A DNA stretch of 63,523 nucleotides, filler included, from Rhabdomonas costata (GCA_019059605.1; 54 parts of 54 records of this genome joined end to end with filler, not necessarily neighbours in it); one strand, 5' to 3'. Shown: positions 49,759 to 62,900, counted from the whole stretch's first letter. Numbers and translations: made by a program. The notes: generated from the letters alone by a model not told the origin.

Positions 49759-50294
49759 GTTCGCCTGAAGAATCCCCAGTGCAGTCGGACGTTGATCTTT
49801 GTCAACCGGTACGCCCCCTTCCCCCGACCCTGGTGCACCTCTGTTGCGAACCTTCATTCGCGGCCGCTTCCGTGTGTCGACGCGATATGTGGTTGGCTGG
49901 CCTTGCAGGTCCATGCCGAAATTCCTCCCAATTGCATCCAAGATTATTAGCAGTTTTGGGGAACTTGCCTTTGGGGGCTTCTGAATTGATCGGAGGAGAC
50001 TTACCTGTTCGATGAGCACTCCAACCGGAGTGAAATGAGCGCAAGCCAAGTCTCTCCATCCTTTTTTGACTTTGGATGCACAATCTGCAGTTTCTGGATT
50101 CCTACTGTTTTACTGTCAAAAAGGCCTCTGGTTGCTTTGTCTATGTGCTTCTCCACATCCCCTCTAGGAGGGTGTTCATCGCTCGGTTGGCGGCTCTGCT
50201 CACCGGGAAGCTCAAGGGCATGTCGACGGTGCTATCGCTGCATGGTGGGGTGCCCCAGGCGGAGCGGAGGAGGACTATGCAAGCCTTTCGCGAG
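49759..50294 (+). CDS. DEAD-box RNA helicase C-terminal RecA domain, two exons (49759-49808, 50168-50294)
   Basis: Spliced RTLIFVNRR (motif IV)...SLHGGVPQAERRRTMQAFRE (motif IVa); phase-2 GT-AG intron. Confidence 0.88.
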
Positions 50295-50816
50295 GTAATG
50301 GACTGTCTTCTTAAGCAGAGCCTTCAGGGCTTTCGAAACTGCTAACGAGACGCTGCGGTCGAGTGAAGGGTCCCAGAAATGGGTTTCAGGAATGAGCTCA
50401 TCGGTCGTAGCGTATCCCGAAAACCGTGCTGCAGGGTAAGCTCGTGGCTGACCAGGACTGAAATGTAATCACAAAGAGTGGCGCAACGTAAAGCCCCACC
50501 GTTGGCAGAGGAAACAATCGAATGCACCAAGAGTACACGAGAAAAGGAGGTCGAGTATACCAAAANNNNNNNNNNNNNNNNNNNNNNNNNNNNNNNNNNN
50601 NNNNNNNNNTTAATTAATTAANNNNNNNNNNNNNNNNNNNNNNNNNNNNNNNNNNNNNNNNNNNNTGTGTGGGGTGTGCAAAAGAGTTACCGCTGTGCTT
50701 CTCTTTCATGCTGCCGGGCCACAACGGTTGTTAGGTGGTGACCCGCTGGTGACTCGTCCGCAAGCGCTGTGCTACGAAATAGCTCTGCCCATGACTTTTC
50801 AACCACTCAAACTTAG

Positions 50817-51143
50817 GAGAGCCAGCTCGTTCGTCACTTCCACTTCGAGGCCGGAGTCCGCGCACTGGCGGTGCCCCCAGGGGCCTCGGCCAACTCCGCC
50901 TCCTCCAGCCCCATCATAGCTCCCACCAGCGGCAGCAGCACCAGTGGCAGTAGCAGTGGAGGAGGTGGTGGTGGGGTGGAGGCCGCGCTTGCTCATTTCG
51001 AGGCCCACCTTGCGGAGCACCCCCAGGACCGCGTGGCGGTGTGGTACCGCGACAACGCCCGGGAGTGGGCCGCGCTGAGGCACTCGAAGTGGGCGCTGAC
51101 GGCGCCACTGAGCCTGCTGATGCTCAGCTCAAAAGCGTGCTAA
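50817..51143 (+). CDS. Terminal exon with a TPR-like tail, as often found C-terminal to class III adenylate/guanylate cyclases
   Basis: FEAGVRAL...ALAHFEAHLAEHPQDRVAVWY followed by TAA; the family assignment is tentative. Confidence 0.45.
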   Translation, partial: ESQLVRHFHFEAGVRALAVPPGASANSASSSPIIAPTSGSSTSGSSSGGGGGGVEAALAHFEAHLAEHPQDRVAVWYRDNAREWAALRHSKWALTAPLSLLMLSSKAC

Positions 51144-53022
51144 GTGAACCACGCATTGTGTTGGGTCTCTCTCCTTCATGTTATGTTTCCCGTCCCCCTG
51201 TGCTTTTTTTTGATAGTTTTTTGGTTCTCGACCGCTGCCGTGCAGTGAGGTCTGGAAAGGCAGGTGGGGGTGAGAGTCCTTTTTTTCAGGCTTTTGCGGG
51301 GTTGGTGCGGGGGGTTGCTTGACGTGAGACATCATGCTGGCCGCCCTGCGGGGGTACTCTTTGCGCCATTTCTCGTTTGCGCGCTTTTCTCCTTCTTCCC
51401 TGTTTTTGCTATTCTTTTCCTTCTTTTGCTGCGTGTTCCCGAACTCTGTGATGCCAAGCGCTTCCCAAATGAGTGAACCGAACCCTCCTTGGTGTGTGGG
51501 ATCACACCGCCACTGTGCTGTGAGGGGTTGCACAGGGGCTCTGCTCGGCTCCGCAGTGTAACGGGCTTATTTTGGTTTTTGCTAGGGAGGGTATCCCCCC
51601 CCCCTTGGTCAGCGTTTTCCCGTGCGGCTATTTTCTTGCTGCTATTTTTTTGCCTGTTGCTGTGTGGTGGACAATGGTAATCGCCGGAGAGACATGTGAC
51701 GATCCTGCGATTACCATTGTCCACCACACAGCAACAAACAAAANNNNNNNNNNNNNNNNNNNNNNNNNNNNNNNNNNNNNNNNNNNNTTAATTAATTAAN
51801 NNNNNNNNNNNNNNNNNNNNNNNNNNNNNNNNNNNNNNNNNNNTGTGTTGGGAGTGTTTAGGTTTTTGGTGGTTGCTTATCTCGCCTAAAATGTATTAAG
51901 GCGACAGTTGACGCCAGCTGTGCAGAACCAAGGACAAGTGTAAATATGGATCCTCCTATGGATCCTGTGGTCGACATTTTACATTTTTTCCTTCGCTCTG
52001 ATACGGTTTTTTGTGTCGTACACTGGAAGCTTGATGACATCTCGCACTTTGTCGCTTGCGTGGGTATCCTATCTGGTTCTTTTTGCGAATCTCTTCCAAG
52101 TATTTTTGGTCATAGTCTATTTTTGTAAAATGCCAAGAAGAAAGGTCACAGCACAGCAGAAACCGTCATCAAATCAGAAAAGTGATCATGGAGTTTTGTC
52201 ACACGTTGATGCTCGAAGAACAATAGGACCAGCGTTCCCCACGTTGCAAGGTTGCCAGTGTAAATTATTGTCTTCTCAAGGTCCGATTTCTCAGTCGGTA
52301 CACTAATAAAGATGAAGACAACTAAAATACAGACGGGGAAAAAGGCGGGAGAGCCCCACCTCTGCGGGAACGCCGAGGCGAAAGGACGGCAGCCCTGCAA
52401 ATGTAATTTACCACACCTTTCGTGCCAACTTGGGCTCAGCATTATGCTCTCAGTTCGTCTCCTTGGAACCTCACGTGTCGGCCCTTTCTCGCAAACTGAA
52501 ATTCCTGTGGGACTACAGGTCGCAGGAAGCCACTGCAATGGACGAGTTGCTGCGCTCCCATGGAAAGGAAACGTGCGCCCTTACTTCTCCCACAACACAG
52601 AGACGCCCAACTGCAGGATCCCCTTTCTGGTTGTTTCCTCAGCATCTGCACCCATCCTTCAACGGCGCAGCGACTGCACTTGTGCACGCATCTTGGCGAC
52701 TCCTCCCCTTAGAGCGTTTTTATTCAACCACTCCAACTCACGCCTCTGGAATGGAGATTGCATTCTACTCAAAGACTGTAGAAAAGACTGGAGAATCAGC
52801 ACTTTCGGTTGGAGGACACCCTGGAGCGCTAATTCAAATAATATACAAGGCTGGTTTCTGTCCCCACATTTCGAGACGCAGTGCTTTGTCGGAAACCAGA
52901 TCAAACCCTTTCACCAACACCNNNNNNNNNNNNNNNNNNNNNNNNNNNNNNNNNNNNNNNNNNNNTTAATTAATTAANNNNNNNNNNNNNNNNNNNNNNN
53001 NNNNNNNNNNNNNNNNNNNNNG

Positions 53023-53379
53023 TGGTGGGGGACTCTTGGTGTTCTTTTGCTGGGTGGGGGATCCACGAACGCCAGCTACAACTTCAATGACGGCTGGGCG
53101 AGCAGCAATGGCTCCACATGGACTCAGATCAACAACGGAGCCAGCAGCTACACCGCAGTTGCTGGCCCAGGCTGTGGTCTGTTCTTAGGCAAAGTCTGGG
53201 TTGTGGGGGGCGTGGTGTCCGGGGCGGACGTCAACACCGTCTGGAGCAGCACAACAGGTTCCTCTGGAAGCTGGGCGAAGACCACGACCTCCTCTCCGAT
53301 CTTCGGTGCCCGATCCTGCTTCGGCTTCGCCATCCTCAACAACAAGATGTGGGTTGTGGGGGGCTCATCCCTGAATGAT
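53023..53379 (+). CDS. Kelch-like beta-propeller repeat protein exon
   Basis: Repeats NDGWASSNGSTW, KVWVVGG...NTVWSST...W and NNKMWVVGG...ND; donor |gtatgc. Confidence 0.82.
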
Positions 53380-55482
53380 GTATGCACCCGTCCGCCGCGC
53401 TTTTCACGGCATTGCCTGGTGCGAGATAAGCCTGGTAACACCCCGAAACTGAGATTTCAGTCACGTGACATTTCGAACATAAGTCTTTTTTTTTTACCAC
53501 TTGGAAGAACGAACAAAGGGCATGCCCGCACAAGCGGGGTGCCAACAGTTCACAGGTGTGGTCTATACTTCCGCCAGGGTATCGTTCCGCCAGGGGTGGT
53601 TCCCGTGGGGACCCGCACGGAGTGACGTTATTCGCACCCGTAAAAAAAAAAGAAAACAGCTTCCTTGATGGAGATCGGCAAATTTTCTCGAACATCCGGG
53701 CATCATCCCTAACATACACCCCTGAGCGGCCGCCCTTTCAAACAGGAGATCGAGATGATCGGGGCTAGCGGGATGCCCTGGGCCACAAAATACTACGCAG
53801 CAACGTAATACATCAGCCTTTCAATTTCTCTTTTCTTTTGTGCCAACGTTTGATTGCAAACATAACTATTTTCTACTATTATTTTCTATTATTATACTAA
53901 CTATCTATTGCGGTGGTTGCGGTTCCAGCCTTTCACTTTCCCTCCAGCAAAGGCCTCAAACCGCAAAAAGAAACGTCCTCAGTGAAACAACAAACCTGTA
54001 CACGAAGCAAAGTAGCGACATGCACGGGCGGTTTCTGTTTCTTGGTCCACGCGCAAAAAGAAATCTAATTACACATATACATGGCAGGTCAACCACAAAN
54101 NNNNNNNNNNNNNNNNNNNNNNNNNNNNNNNNNNNNNNNNNNNTTAATTAATTAANNNNNNNNNNNNNNNNNNNNNNNNNNNNNNNNNNNNNNNNNNNNG
54201 GGGTTGGGTCAAAAACATCCTGCTATTGTGGGAGCGTCGCTAAACCTCCTCTGCGTTCTGCTTGGGGCAAGAAGAGCGGATCACGTGTATGCGGTATAGC
54301 TACGTTTGAAACCGACAACTCCGGGGCACAAAGGTGAGTGCGAGGTTCGAAGCGACCCGCTGCATTCCCTGCAATGGAAACCACCAGTTGTACACGCAGC
54401 TGAAGACACCTCAATGAGTGCAGATAGGTAGGTAGGCAGGCAGGTAGGTAGGTAGCTTAACAGCTCCTGTGGCACTGCGCTGATTCGATCCACACACGCA
54501 TACAACGCACCCCTGGGGGTGTGGGGGGTGGGCACAAGGTCAGTCGTTGAAGCGAACCTGGGTCTCCCAAACCATCTTCCACTTCTGCGTGCTCCACCCC
54601 GCGACGGGCCGACCCTCGCAGGCGGACTGGAAGCCAGCCGAGCCTGGGGGGCTGCTCTGTTGAGCCCAACCAACCCAACACGTTCTCACGCGCAATCAGT
54701 GCTGAGGCAGCCATGAGAACGGCGGCCACAAAAACAAAAGTGTGCAGTTGGCAACACCACCACATCGTTTTTCTCGTAGAGGAGGTTACACGGATTCAGA
54801 GGTGCCATATGAAAAACAGCAAAGCCAATGGGAAGACGGAAATCCACACCCGCAGGCGAGGCAATACTGCCTAGATCAGAAAGGAAGGAAGATACAAAGA
54901 AGGGTCAGGGTTGAAATCCTGTCGGAGGGTTCGGTGAATAGGGAGGTGGGTTGGTGGGGTGCGACCTGGCCCGAGCTGCTGCTGCTGCTGCTGGCCGCCG
55001 CCGTTGCCACTGCCGCCCACTCTCCTCTCCCAACGGAAGCCCCGCAAGAAGAGGTCAGAAGTGGACACCACCACCATTCGCTCGGAAGACAGGCTGATCT
55101 GAGAAGCCCGTGAAAAGCCCGTCGGCGCAATTCCCTTTTCCTCTTTCCCTACCTTCTGGATAATGGATGGTGGATGACGAACGCCCTGAAGCGAAAACGC
55201 CGGGCGAACGTTCTCACTCAAACACGCCTCACACCCCAAGAACGCACGAGACAATCACAATGACCCGAAACAACANNNNNNNNNNNNNNNNNNNNNNNNN
55301 NNNNNNNNNNNNNNNNNNNTTAATTAATTAANNNNNNNNNNNNNNNNNNNNNNNNNNNNNNNNNNNNNNNNNNNNGGGGTTTGGTTTTTCCAGTCCCAGG
55401 TGGGCCCTGAATCAAAGAGACCCTGAAATTATGCTCTGAATGCTGAACAAACGAGCGCGGTGCACAACGGTCATAATTGCAG

Positions 55483-56453
55483 GGTCTCTTTGATTCAGGG
55501 CCCACCTGGGACTGGAAAAACCAAGACCGGTGTATCCCTTGCACATCTCTGGGCCACCAACATCACCAAGAAGAAGTGTGCATCTTTGTCCCTTGTTCTT
55601 TATGCTGGACCCAGCAACCAGTCAGTGATTGTAGCTGTGACGCTTCTGAGAAAATTTCCGGACGTGGGGACGGTGACAAAGCCCAGGACGATTCAGGTAA
55701 CTCACCTGACTCGTTGGGCCTGGACCGAAATGCAGAAGATGCCGGGCACTCTGCTGTATGAAGCCGAGCATCACCCCTTTTTTGAAGATAAGATCAAGCA
55801 AGGAAAAGCAGACGTTGCCCAGGCTCGTGAAAAACTCAAACAGGTCGAGCAGCGGTACTCCCAGAAAAGCAAGGAGTTCGGCAATGCAGAGAGGAATTTT
55901 CGTGCAAAGGTACGCACACTGAATAAAGTGCATAAAGAAGCTGAGGTTGGTGTTCTCAACCCCACCCATATTCTGTGCTGCACACTCTCAATGTACGCTG
56001 TGGTGCTGCACCGTTATGATAAGCTTGAGGTCACTGTGACGCAGGCGATTGTTGACGAAGCAGGACAGGCCACCGAACCGGAAACGTTCCTAGCACTAGC
56101 ATCCAGCACAGTGTCAGGTGTTCAAGCTGGGCCTGCCGAACGTGGGCTTGCTGAACGTGCCCTTTCCATCAACTACTCACTGCAGCAAATTTGCTTGATT
56201 GGGGATCACAAGCAGCTCCGTCCAGTTGTGGCAGGAAATCATTCATTCAGTTCCTTTTCGGACGCCCCACCTTGCCTGGTTCGAGACTGTGCTTCCGGTT
56301 TGGAAAGATCCTTGTTTGAACGCCTAGTTCGACCTTTTGATGGGACTGCCTCTGGTTCATATACGATGTTGCGCGAGCAGTATAGAATGCACCCTTCCAT
56401 TTGTGCATTCCCGTCAAAGGCTTTCTATCACAACCGCCTGATCCCCCACAAAC
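55483..56453 (+). CDS. Upf1-like superfamily 1B helicase (HELZ2-like), single long exon, truncated
   Basis: IQGPPGTGKT, LYAGPSNQSV, IVDEAGQATEPE, LIGDHKQLRPVV, GLERSLFERL, QYRMHPSICAFPSKAFY. Confidence 0.93.
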
Positions 56454-56675
56454 NNNNNNNNNNNNNNNNNNNNNNNNNNNNNNNNNNNNNNNNNNNNTTA
56501 ATTAATTAANNNNNNNNNNNNNNNNNNNNNNNNNNNNNNNNNNNNNNNNNNNNTGTTGTGGGTCACATATTAGAATTGAGACTGAACGAAAGGGGGAGAG
56601 GGATGGGTGGTGGGGGTGGAAATGGACCATTGTATCATCGCTGGATTTCTGGGCATACCCATCGGCTTGCCTGAG

Positions 56676-56919
56676 GTTGGCCGCGACCGCCACCACCGCC
56701 TTCTCAGCCACACCTCGGTGAACTGGACAGCCCTCCCCTGGAAGCGTTTCCGGCTTCCTCTTCCTCCTCCTCCTCCTCCTCCGAAGGGTCCTGGGAGCTT
56801 CCCGGTGGGAAGCAGGTGCCGGTGCACGGGCTGCAGGAGGCACTGTCTACGCTGCAGGAGCAGCTGGAGGCCTTGTTTCAGGCCCGCAGTGCTATACTTC
56901 GCTCCGCCATGGAGGAGTA
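56676..56919 (+). CDS. Probable terminal exon of a hypothetical protein (not in the ORF track)
   Basis: Open GC3-rich frame ...VHGLQEALSTLQEQLEALFQARSAILRSAMEE-TAG. Confidence 0.45.
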
Positions 56920-59900
56920 GGGGTTAGGCTTACTGGAGCTGTCGATGCATATATTCTCGGCATGATTCCCGTTGTATCGTTCTGTGTCATGTCCCTGTGC
57001 TCTTCTGAACGCCCAAGAGCTGGCGCGTGTTCATGCTCACATTTTGGTTCTGAGTCCTCTTGGGGATGGCAGAAAAGGTATTCCTTTATGCCGTCTATTG
57101 ACAGCACTGCCACGTTCGATGTTTAAAAATGAAAATGAAATTGTCCCGTTGAATGTGAAACACTGTTAAGCGCATTGAAGGGCTCCTGAAGAAGCCAACC
57201 TTTGATTGGTTTTGTGCAAGCGCAAGCAGTCAAGTGTCTTTTTGTGAATCGACAACGCCATTTTCAAAATGAGTTGTCCTGTTTACGTTCTTTTGACATG
57301 GACTTCTTGGCGATGTCTTTACCTTTTTGGAATGACTTGTTACACTGAATAATCCGACAGGTACTGTGTTATCTTCTTTGATGGGGTAGTTCACAGCAGT
57401 TGGACACGATACCACCCAGGTCTGAGGGCTGGATAGGGCCGGTTATGTGGGTAGACGATGCATATGGCGGCAAGAAGGATAAGAAGATATGAGATGACTC
57501 TCCTGATTTCCCGCCGGAATTTCGGGATAAGGCTGTTGAAAGCAAGAAATAAGGGCCAGGGCTCAAATCCAATGCAGCTGGTTGCAGCAGCGGCAGGTGC
57601 AGGGAGGAAGAACAGCAACAAACAACCCAAANNNNNNNNNNNNNNNNNNNNNNNNNNNNNNNNNNNNNNNNNNNNTTAATTAATTAANNNNNNNNNNNNN
57701 NNNNNNNNNNNNNNNNNNNNNNNNNNNNNNNTCTGGCCGCCATTGTCACACAGAGTTTGATCTCAGGACAAGGCTCACCTTGAAAACACAGTTCATAAAT
57801 ACACCTGAAACAGCAAGCAGGAGGCAAAACTATCTGGAACCTTGGGTTGCGCCGCTCTGGCAATGGCAATAAATGCAGCATTGGGAGACAAGCCGACTCT
57901 CTAAGTGGGTGTGTTTGTTCAAATTTACCAACGCTAACTTTTAATAGAGGAAAGTGTGCATATGCTGCTCACCATTTGCTCCCATCGACGTTGGCACAAC
58001 GTTTGCCTCACAGCTAACAGCTTGTACGTGGGCAATCAGTGTAGGCGAACGCAAAAGGGGAGGGGGGGGTGCCGGATACCACACACTCATATGATATTGC
58101 AGCCGATTGCTGACGTTTCTGAACCCAGAATCTCACCACGTTCGTGACAGCAGTCGTTTTTGCCCTTGTGTTTTCAGCTATAGGACAATCCACGATTGAT
58201 TATCAGGCACCTTCAGGCCCCGGACCAAAACCGGCAGGGGTCACCTCAAAACGGGGCACACAGGGCGACTCAAACTCGAAACTTCGTACACATCAACCGG
58301 AGTCGACAACTGGCATTGATATCATAACTTGCGCTGAAGTAGTCTAGGCTCATGTCTGCTGCAGTAGTACTCCTAAGCTTATGGTACTGGGTCTTCATCT
58401 CAAGATATTGCTCGCTCAGTTTCCAGAGTGATCACCTAAAGGGTTTTTGAACTTGGGGTGAAGAAGGAAGAACAACCCATGCACACTGTGCAATGACCGA
58501 TTTTTACTGCAGCTCATTTCGGAAGTTTCTCCCACAATTATGATGCAAAGATGATGATAAAGAGGCTGAAGAGAAAAAGAGGCTCGGTGAGTGATGCCGA
58601 AAGGAGCCCAAAATAGCAAGAAGAAGGGAAGAGCAGCTTGTTGATCTCTCAACAACAATGTCGTCACCTTTCCAAACATACAAACTGACCCAAAGTCGGG
58701 AGCAAGCAAACGCTTGAAGGTGTAGGCGCCACCGTACAATCTTGAAGTCAATCCCTCCTTCAGTGTCAGAAACGTCAGTGCTTCACCCATTTCATGGCCA
58801 CAACACCCCNNNNNNNNNNNNNNNNNNNNNNNNNNNNNNNNNNNNNNNNNNNNTTAATTAATTAANNNNNNNNNNNNNNNNNNNNNNNNNNNNNNNNNNN
58901 NNNNNNNNNTGTGTTAGGTGTGTTTAGCGGGGGTGAAAGGGAAAGAGAGAGGGAAGGTGAGTGAGTGAGATTCGTACATACCCAGAAAAAGATAACTGCT
59001 CCTCGTAGCTTAGGCCCCCTCCAAGAACCAAATAAATGTCCAAAGAAGAGTATTGCACTTGCATCAATCGGAATCTATTGTTTGGTCAAAAAGGGTTGCA
59101 GGAAAGCAAGTACAACATCCTGAGACACACAATTTGAGTAATCCGAGAAACAATAAAATTGGGACAGAGAATGGGGGAATGGAATGCCTGTGCACAGGAG
59201 CGAACGGGCCATTCTCACTGGCGGACTTCTCCCACAGGAAGTGGTGCGAGGAGGCCTGCTGCTCTGTGGCCCCGAGAGGAGAGTGTCAAGAGGATGCACG
59301 GGTGTCCATTACCACCGAAACAAAAAATGAGTGACGACGTCCCCTTTTGCTCTCTTGTTTTCGCTTGCGCGCGTTTGAGTGGACACTCGAGAGTAACCAC
59401 CACTCTAAAAAGATTTTCATCACTCCCTCCACCATACCTCCCGTCCCTCCCTTTAGTTGGAAAGAACCAGAACAAAAACAGAGTAGCGCTACAAACCAAG
59501 AGCGCTACCCAATACGCAACCCAATACCACCATTTAACTTTTATGTCTCTCTCTTCGAAGCCACTTTTCTCCTCTATGTTCAATACTTTCATTCCGATAC
59601 TGCCATATCATTGGTTTTGGTCTGTCAGAATGAGCGCTCTGCACAGCCAGACAGGGAAGTTGGAGGAGGCACACCACCATCGCCCTCGGACGGTACACGA
59701 ACCGTTCGGACCTTCATGCAATAGGACACATCCGGAAGCACCACCGGGATGACCTTGGGCACTAAGGAAAAGGAGAAGCCACAAGGTACGGGGAAACCTC
59801 CTGCCGCCTGTGCCTACAGGACATTTAGGTCATTCAATCGAAATAAATTGAGGCGGCAAAAGCAGTCGGTCCAGGGAGCACGCGAGGACCTGGGCGGATC

Positions 59901-62900
59901 GGTGCAGAGGCGACCGCCTGCGGTTCTCCGTGCACTCCCTCGGCCGACACAGGGGTCACCTCAAACACAATGACGGCTCCCACAAAANNNNNNNNNNNNN
60001 NNNNNNNNNNNNNNNNNNNNNNNNNNNNNNNTTAATTAATTAANNNNNNNNNNNNNNNNNNNNNNNNNNNNNNNNNNNNNNNNNNNNGGTTGTGGTGAGC
60101 AAGTGTTGGGCCGGGGCACTCTGGTACAGGCGTGCCATCAAAAATGAGAAAAGAGGTATCCGCTGAGGCTCAGGAAAAACAGCAAAAAGCCCCCCCCCCA
60201 TACTTTCCTGGGTCACTGCTAAAATGCAGGGCTGCTTAATCGAAAAATTACTCAAGAACACCCACAAAAGTCCCAGTGCTCTGGAGGGTTGCCGTGGAGG
60301 GGTTTTCCTTGGTGGTGGTGGGAACAAGTGAGACGCCTGCCATGTTGTCCGAGCTTTGTCCGTCTGCAAAACCTCTGCCTCCCACCCCACAGATTAGCCG
60401 GACTCTGGGGAGTAGGCGCGCGTGGCCATTGAACGACTGCCGTTTGGAGGGGGGGGGACACTGTCAACATCCTAGCCATCCTCCCATCCAATGGGCCATC
60501 CAATGGACTTTCTCTTCGTTAATGGCACCCGCCGAAAACGAAATCATATAAAGTAGCAAGCCACTGCACACAAAAAAACGCCCCATGCACAACGTACATC
60601 ACTCCTTGCGTGCGGTTGACTCCAGTACCATGACCCGCGCTCAAAAGGAAATCCAGTCCTGTGGTGTACGTACCCCAGCAGCCCCGCTTTTGTCCAGACA
60701 TCGGCAGCAATGGTATTCTGTCCATATCTCTTGCCTTCTCTTGCGCTGATCAGATGAGAGATCTGATTATGGTCAGACGGGTGTATGTGTGCATGTGTGT
60801 AGTTCGGATGCACCAGAAGATGGGGAAAATGCGACGCGCCGGAGTTAATCTCCACGGTCTTCACGGGAACAGTCGGGAACTTCAGCGAGGAGCGAGAGGC
60901 GTAACATTCCACCTGAGCGCAGAATTCCATAAAACAGGTTAGAGATGAGGGAGAGAGTATAATCCAAAGGGATGTCTTTCTGCGAGAAGTGAAAGGTGGC
61001 ACTAAAAAATGAAGAGGAAGAGGGGGAAATTGGAACAAGAGATGAGCCGGGGAACGGCAGACCCAAAACTCGTGGCGGGGGGGAGTAAGAGTGATGGGTC
61101 TGCTGTTCCCCGGCATCTCTTGTTCCAATTTCCCCCTCTTCCTCTTCATTTTTTAGTACCACCAACANNNNNNNNNNNNNNNNNNNNNNNNNNNNNNNNN
61201 NNNNNNNNNNNTTAATTAATTAANNNNNNNNNNNNNNNNNNNNNNNNNNNNNNNNNNNNNNNNNNNNGGGGGTTTGGTGTGTGGGTGGCCCGCTGTTTTC
61301 CGCAAAACAGCGGGCCACACACGCACCACGGAAAACGCCGACACGTCGCACCGAGACCACGGGACCTCTGGTGTGCGGGGGCTTTCTCCAGCAGGGGTTA
61401 CCTTGCGAACTCAGCCTTTGGCGGTTTCCTTCGGGTGATGGAGAAAAAAATCCGGTAGGCGCGGGTGGGTAGAGGAGTGGTGACTGGGGCTTGTTTGTTG
61501 CTCAGCCCAGGGATATCGCCAATGGTGCTCCAGAGTTCCGGAGACGGCTTGAGAACTACGCAATACCTACTTCACAAGTGCGCCCACTAGGCACCTTTCG
61601 CCTACATTTTCATGGCTTGCTAACGTTGCCGTGCTTCAACCACAAAAACGTCTTCACAATTAACGCGCATTATCAAGGATCACTGCAAGCTCCATCTGGG
61701 CAAACGGTCTCCAAAGCAATGAATTTGGGTCTGAGCTGAGTTGTGTGGGCTTTATGTCAAGCAAAAGCCTCTTGTAATCACGTGACTACTTTTGGGTGTA
61801 AACATGTGTGCGAATCCCCCCCCCCCCACACGTCCAGAACAAAGCGAAAATACAAGCACGCAAAGCGGTGGGCAACGCAAGAAGCGTCAGAAACAAGGTG
61901 CAGCACAGGTGAATGATCATACCCATGATCGTCAAAAACGATTGAGAGCAATTCCAACAACAAACCCATTCTGCACGCAACAGCGGTGTCGGGATTGTAT
62001 GGAAACCAACGGTGGGCCTGAGGATTTTCGCAAAGCGTTTCTCTCATCCACACTTCACACGGCAGGCACAGCGATGTGCGGGAAAGGCACGAAAGCACGG
62101 CACACTTTCTTGAGAGACAGACCATCGGGGATTGCAACGAGCGTTGATGCAAGCGCAGCCTTCCACAGCGAGGGAATGTGTGTGCTTCTGGCATTGAAAG
62201 TGTGTACGTTGCTCGGCAATCTCCCCTGCCGGAAACACCCGCGGAACGGGCACAGAGGCAAAAAAAATAAATGGGGAGGGGAGAAATACAAAGCGAAGAA
62301 TAGAAAGGGCATCATTTTTTCTTCGCTTTGTATTTCTCCCCCCCCNNNNNNNNNNNNNNNNNNNNNNNNNNNNNNNNNNNNNNNNNNNNTTAATTAATTA
62401 ANNNNNNNNNNNNNNNNNNNNNNNNNNNNNNNNNNNNNNNNNNNNACCCTCCACGTACGGACCTTACACATAACACCTGCTCCCAATCCCTTCGCTTTAA
62501 GGTAGGACACATGCCATGTATGTCATAAACGTATGGTGTCTTTCCCCTATTAGGATGTGTGGATATTAGTGGTATACGCGTACTGTGCAATACCTTGATG
62601 TTGGTGGTTGCACCGTGGGTGGTTGTGGTATGGAGTCATGGCATCACGCTAATCCGTGTGTCAGTCCTTGCGCTCTATTGCATCCTTACAGAACCGCATC
62701 AATATCGAGGTAAAGCATCACGTCCCTACTCAGAAGGTGAACGGTAGGGTGAAGGGAGATGGCTCCGCAGGACGATGGCTGTAAGGGTGAATTGGGGTGT
62801 TGGGTCTTCACATCGCTCAATGCCTTCGCTCCTGTTCATATTCATGTATGACGTGACAATCGTCACACTCGAATCTCACTGCGTTTGTGTCTCATGTTCC

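Noticed and set aside
7563-56453. Alternative genetic code or euglenid non-conventional (non-GT-AG) introns
   Set aside because: All confidently identified exons translate with the standard code (conserved Trp = TGG), and every intron I could model has GT-AG ends. The 1-kb fragments are too short to exclude rare cases.
61745-61830. tRNA-like 3' end (GCGAATCCCCC...CCA)
   Set aside because: There is no TTC T-loop or acceptor-stem pairing, and no cloverleaf could be built.
1079-62445. Regularly spaced TTAATTAATTAA as a CRISPR-like array or nanochromosome/telomere system
   Set aside because: It is always embedded in fixed 44-N pads and is a six-frame-stop assembly linker. The uniform ~1.08 kb spacing reflects length-sorted contigs.
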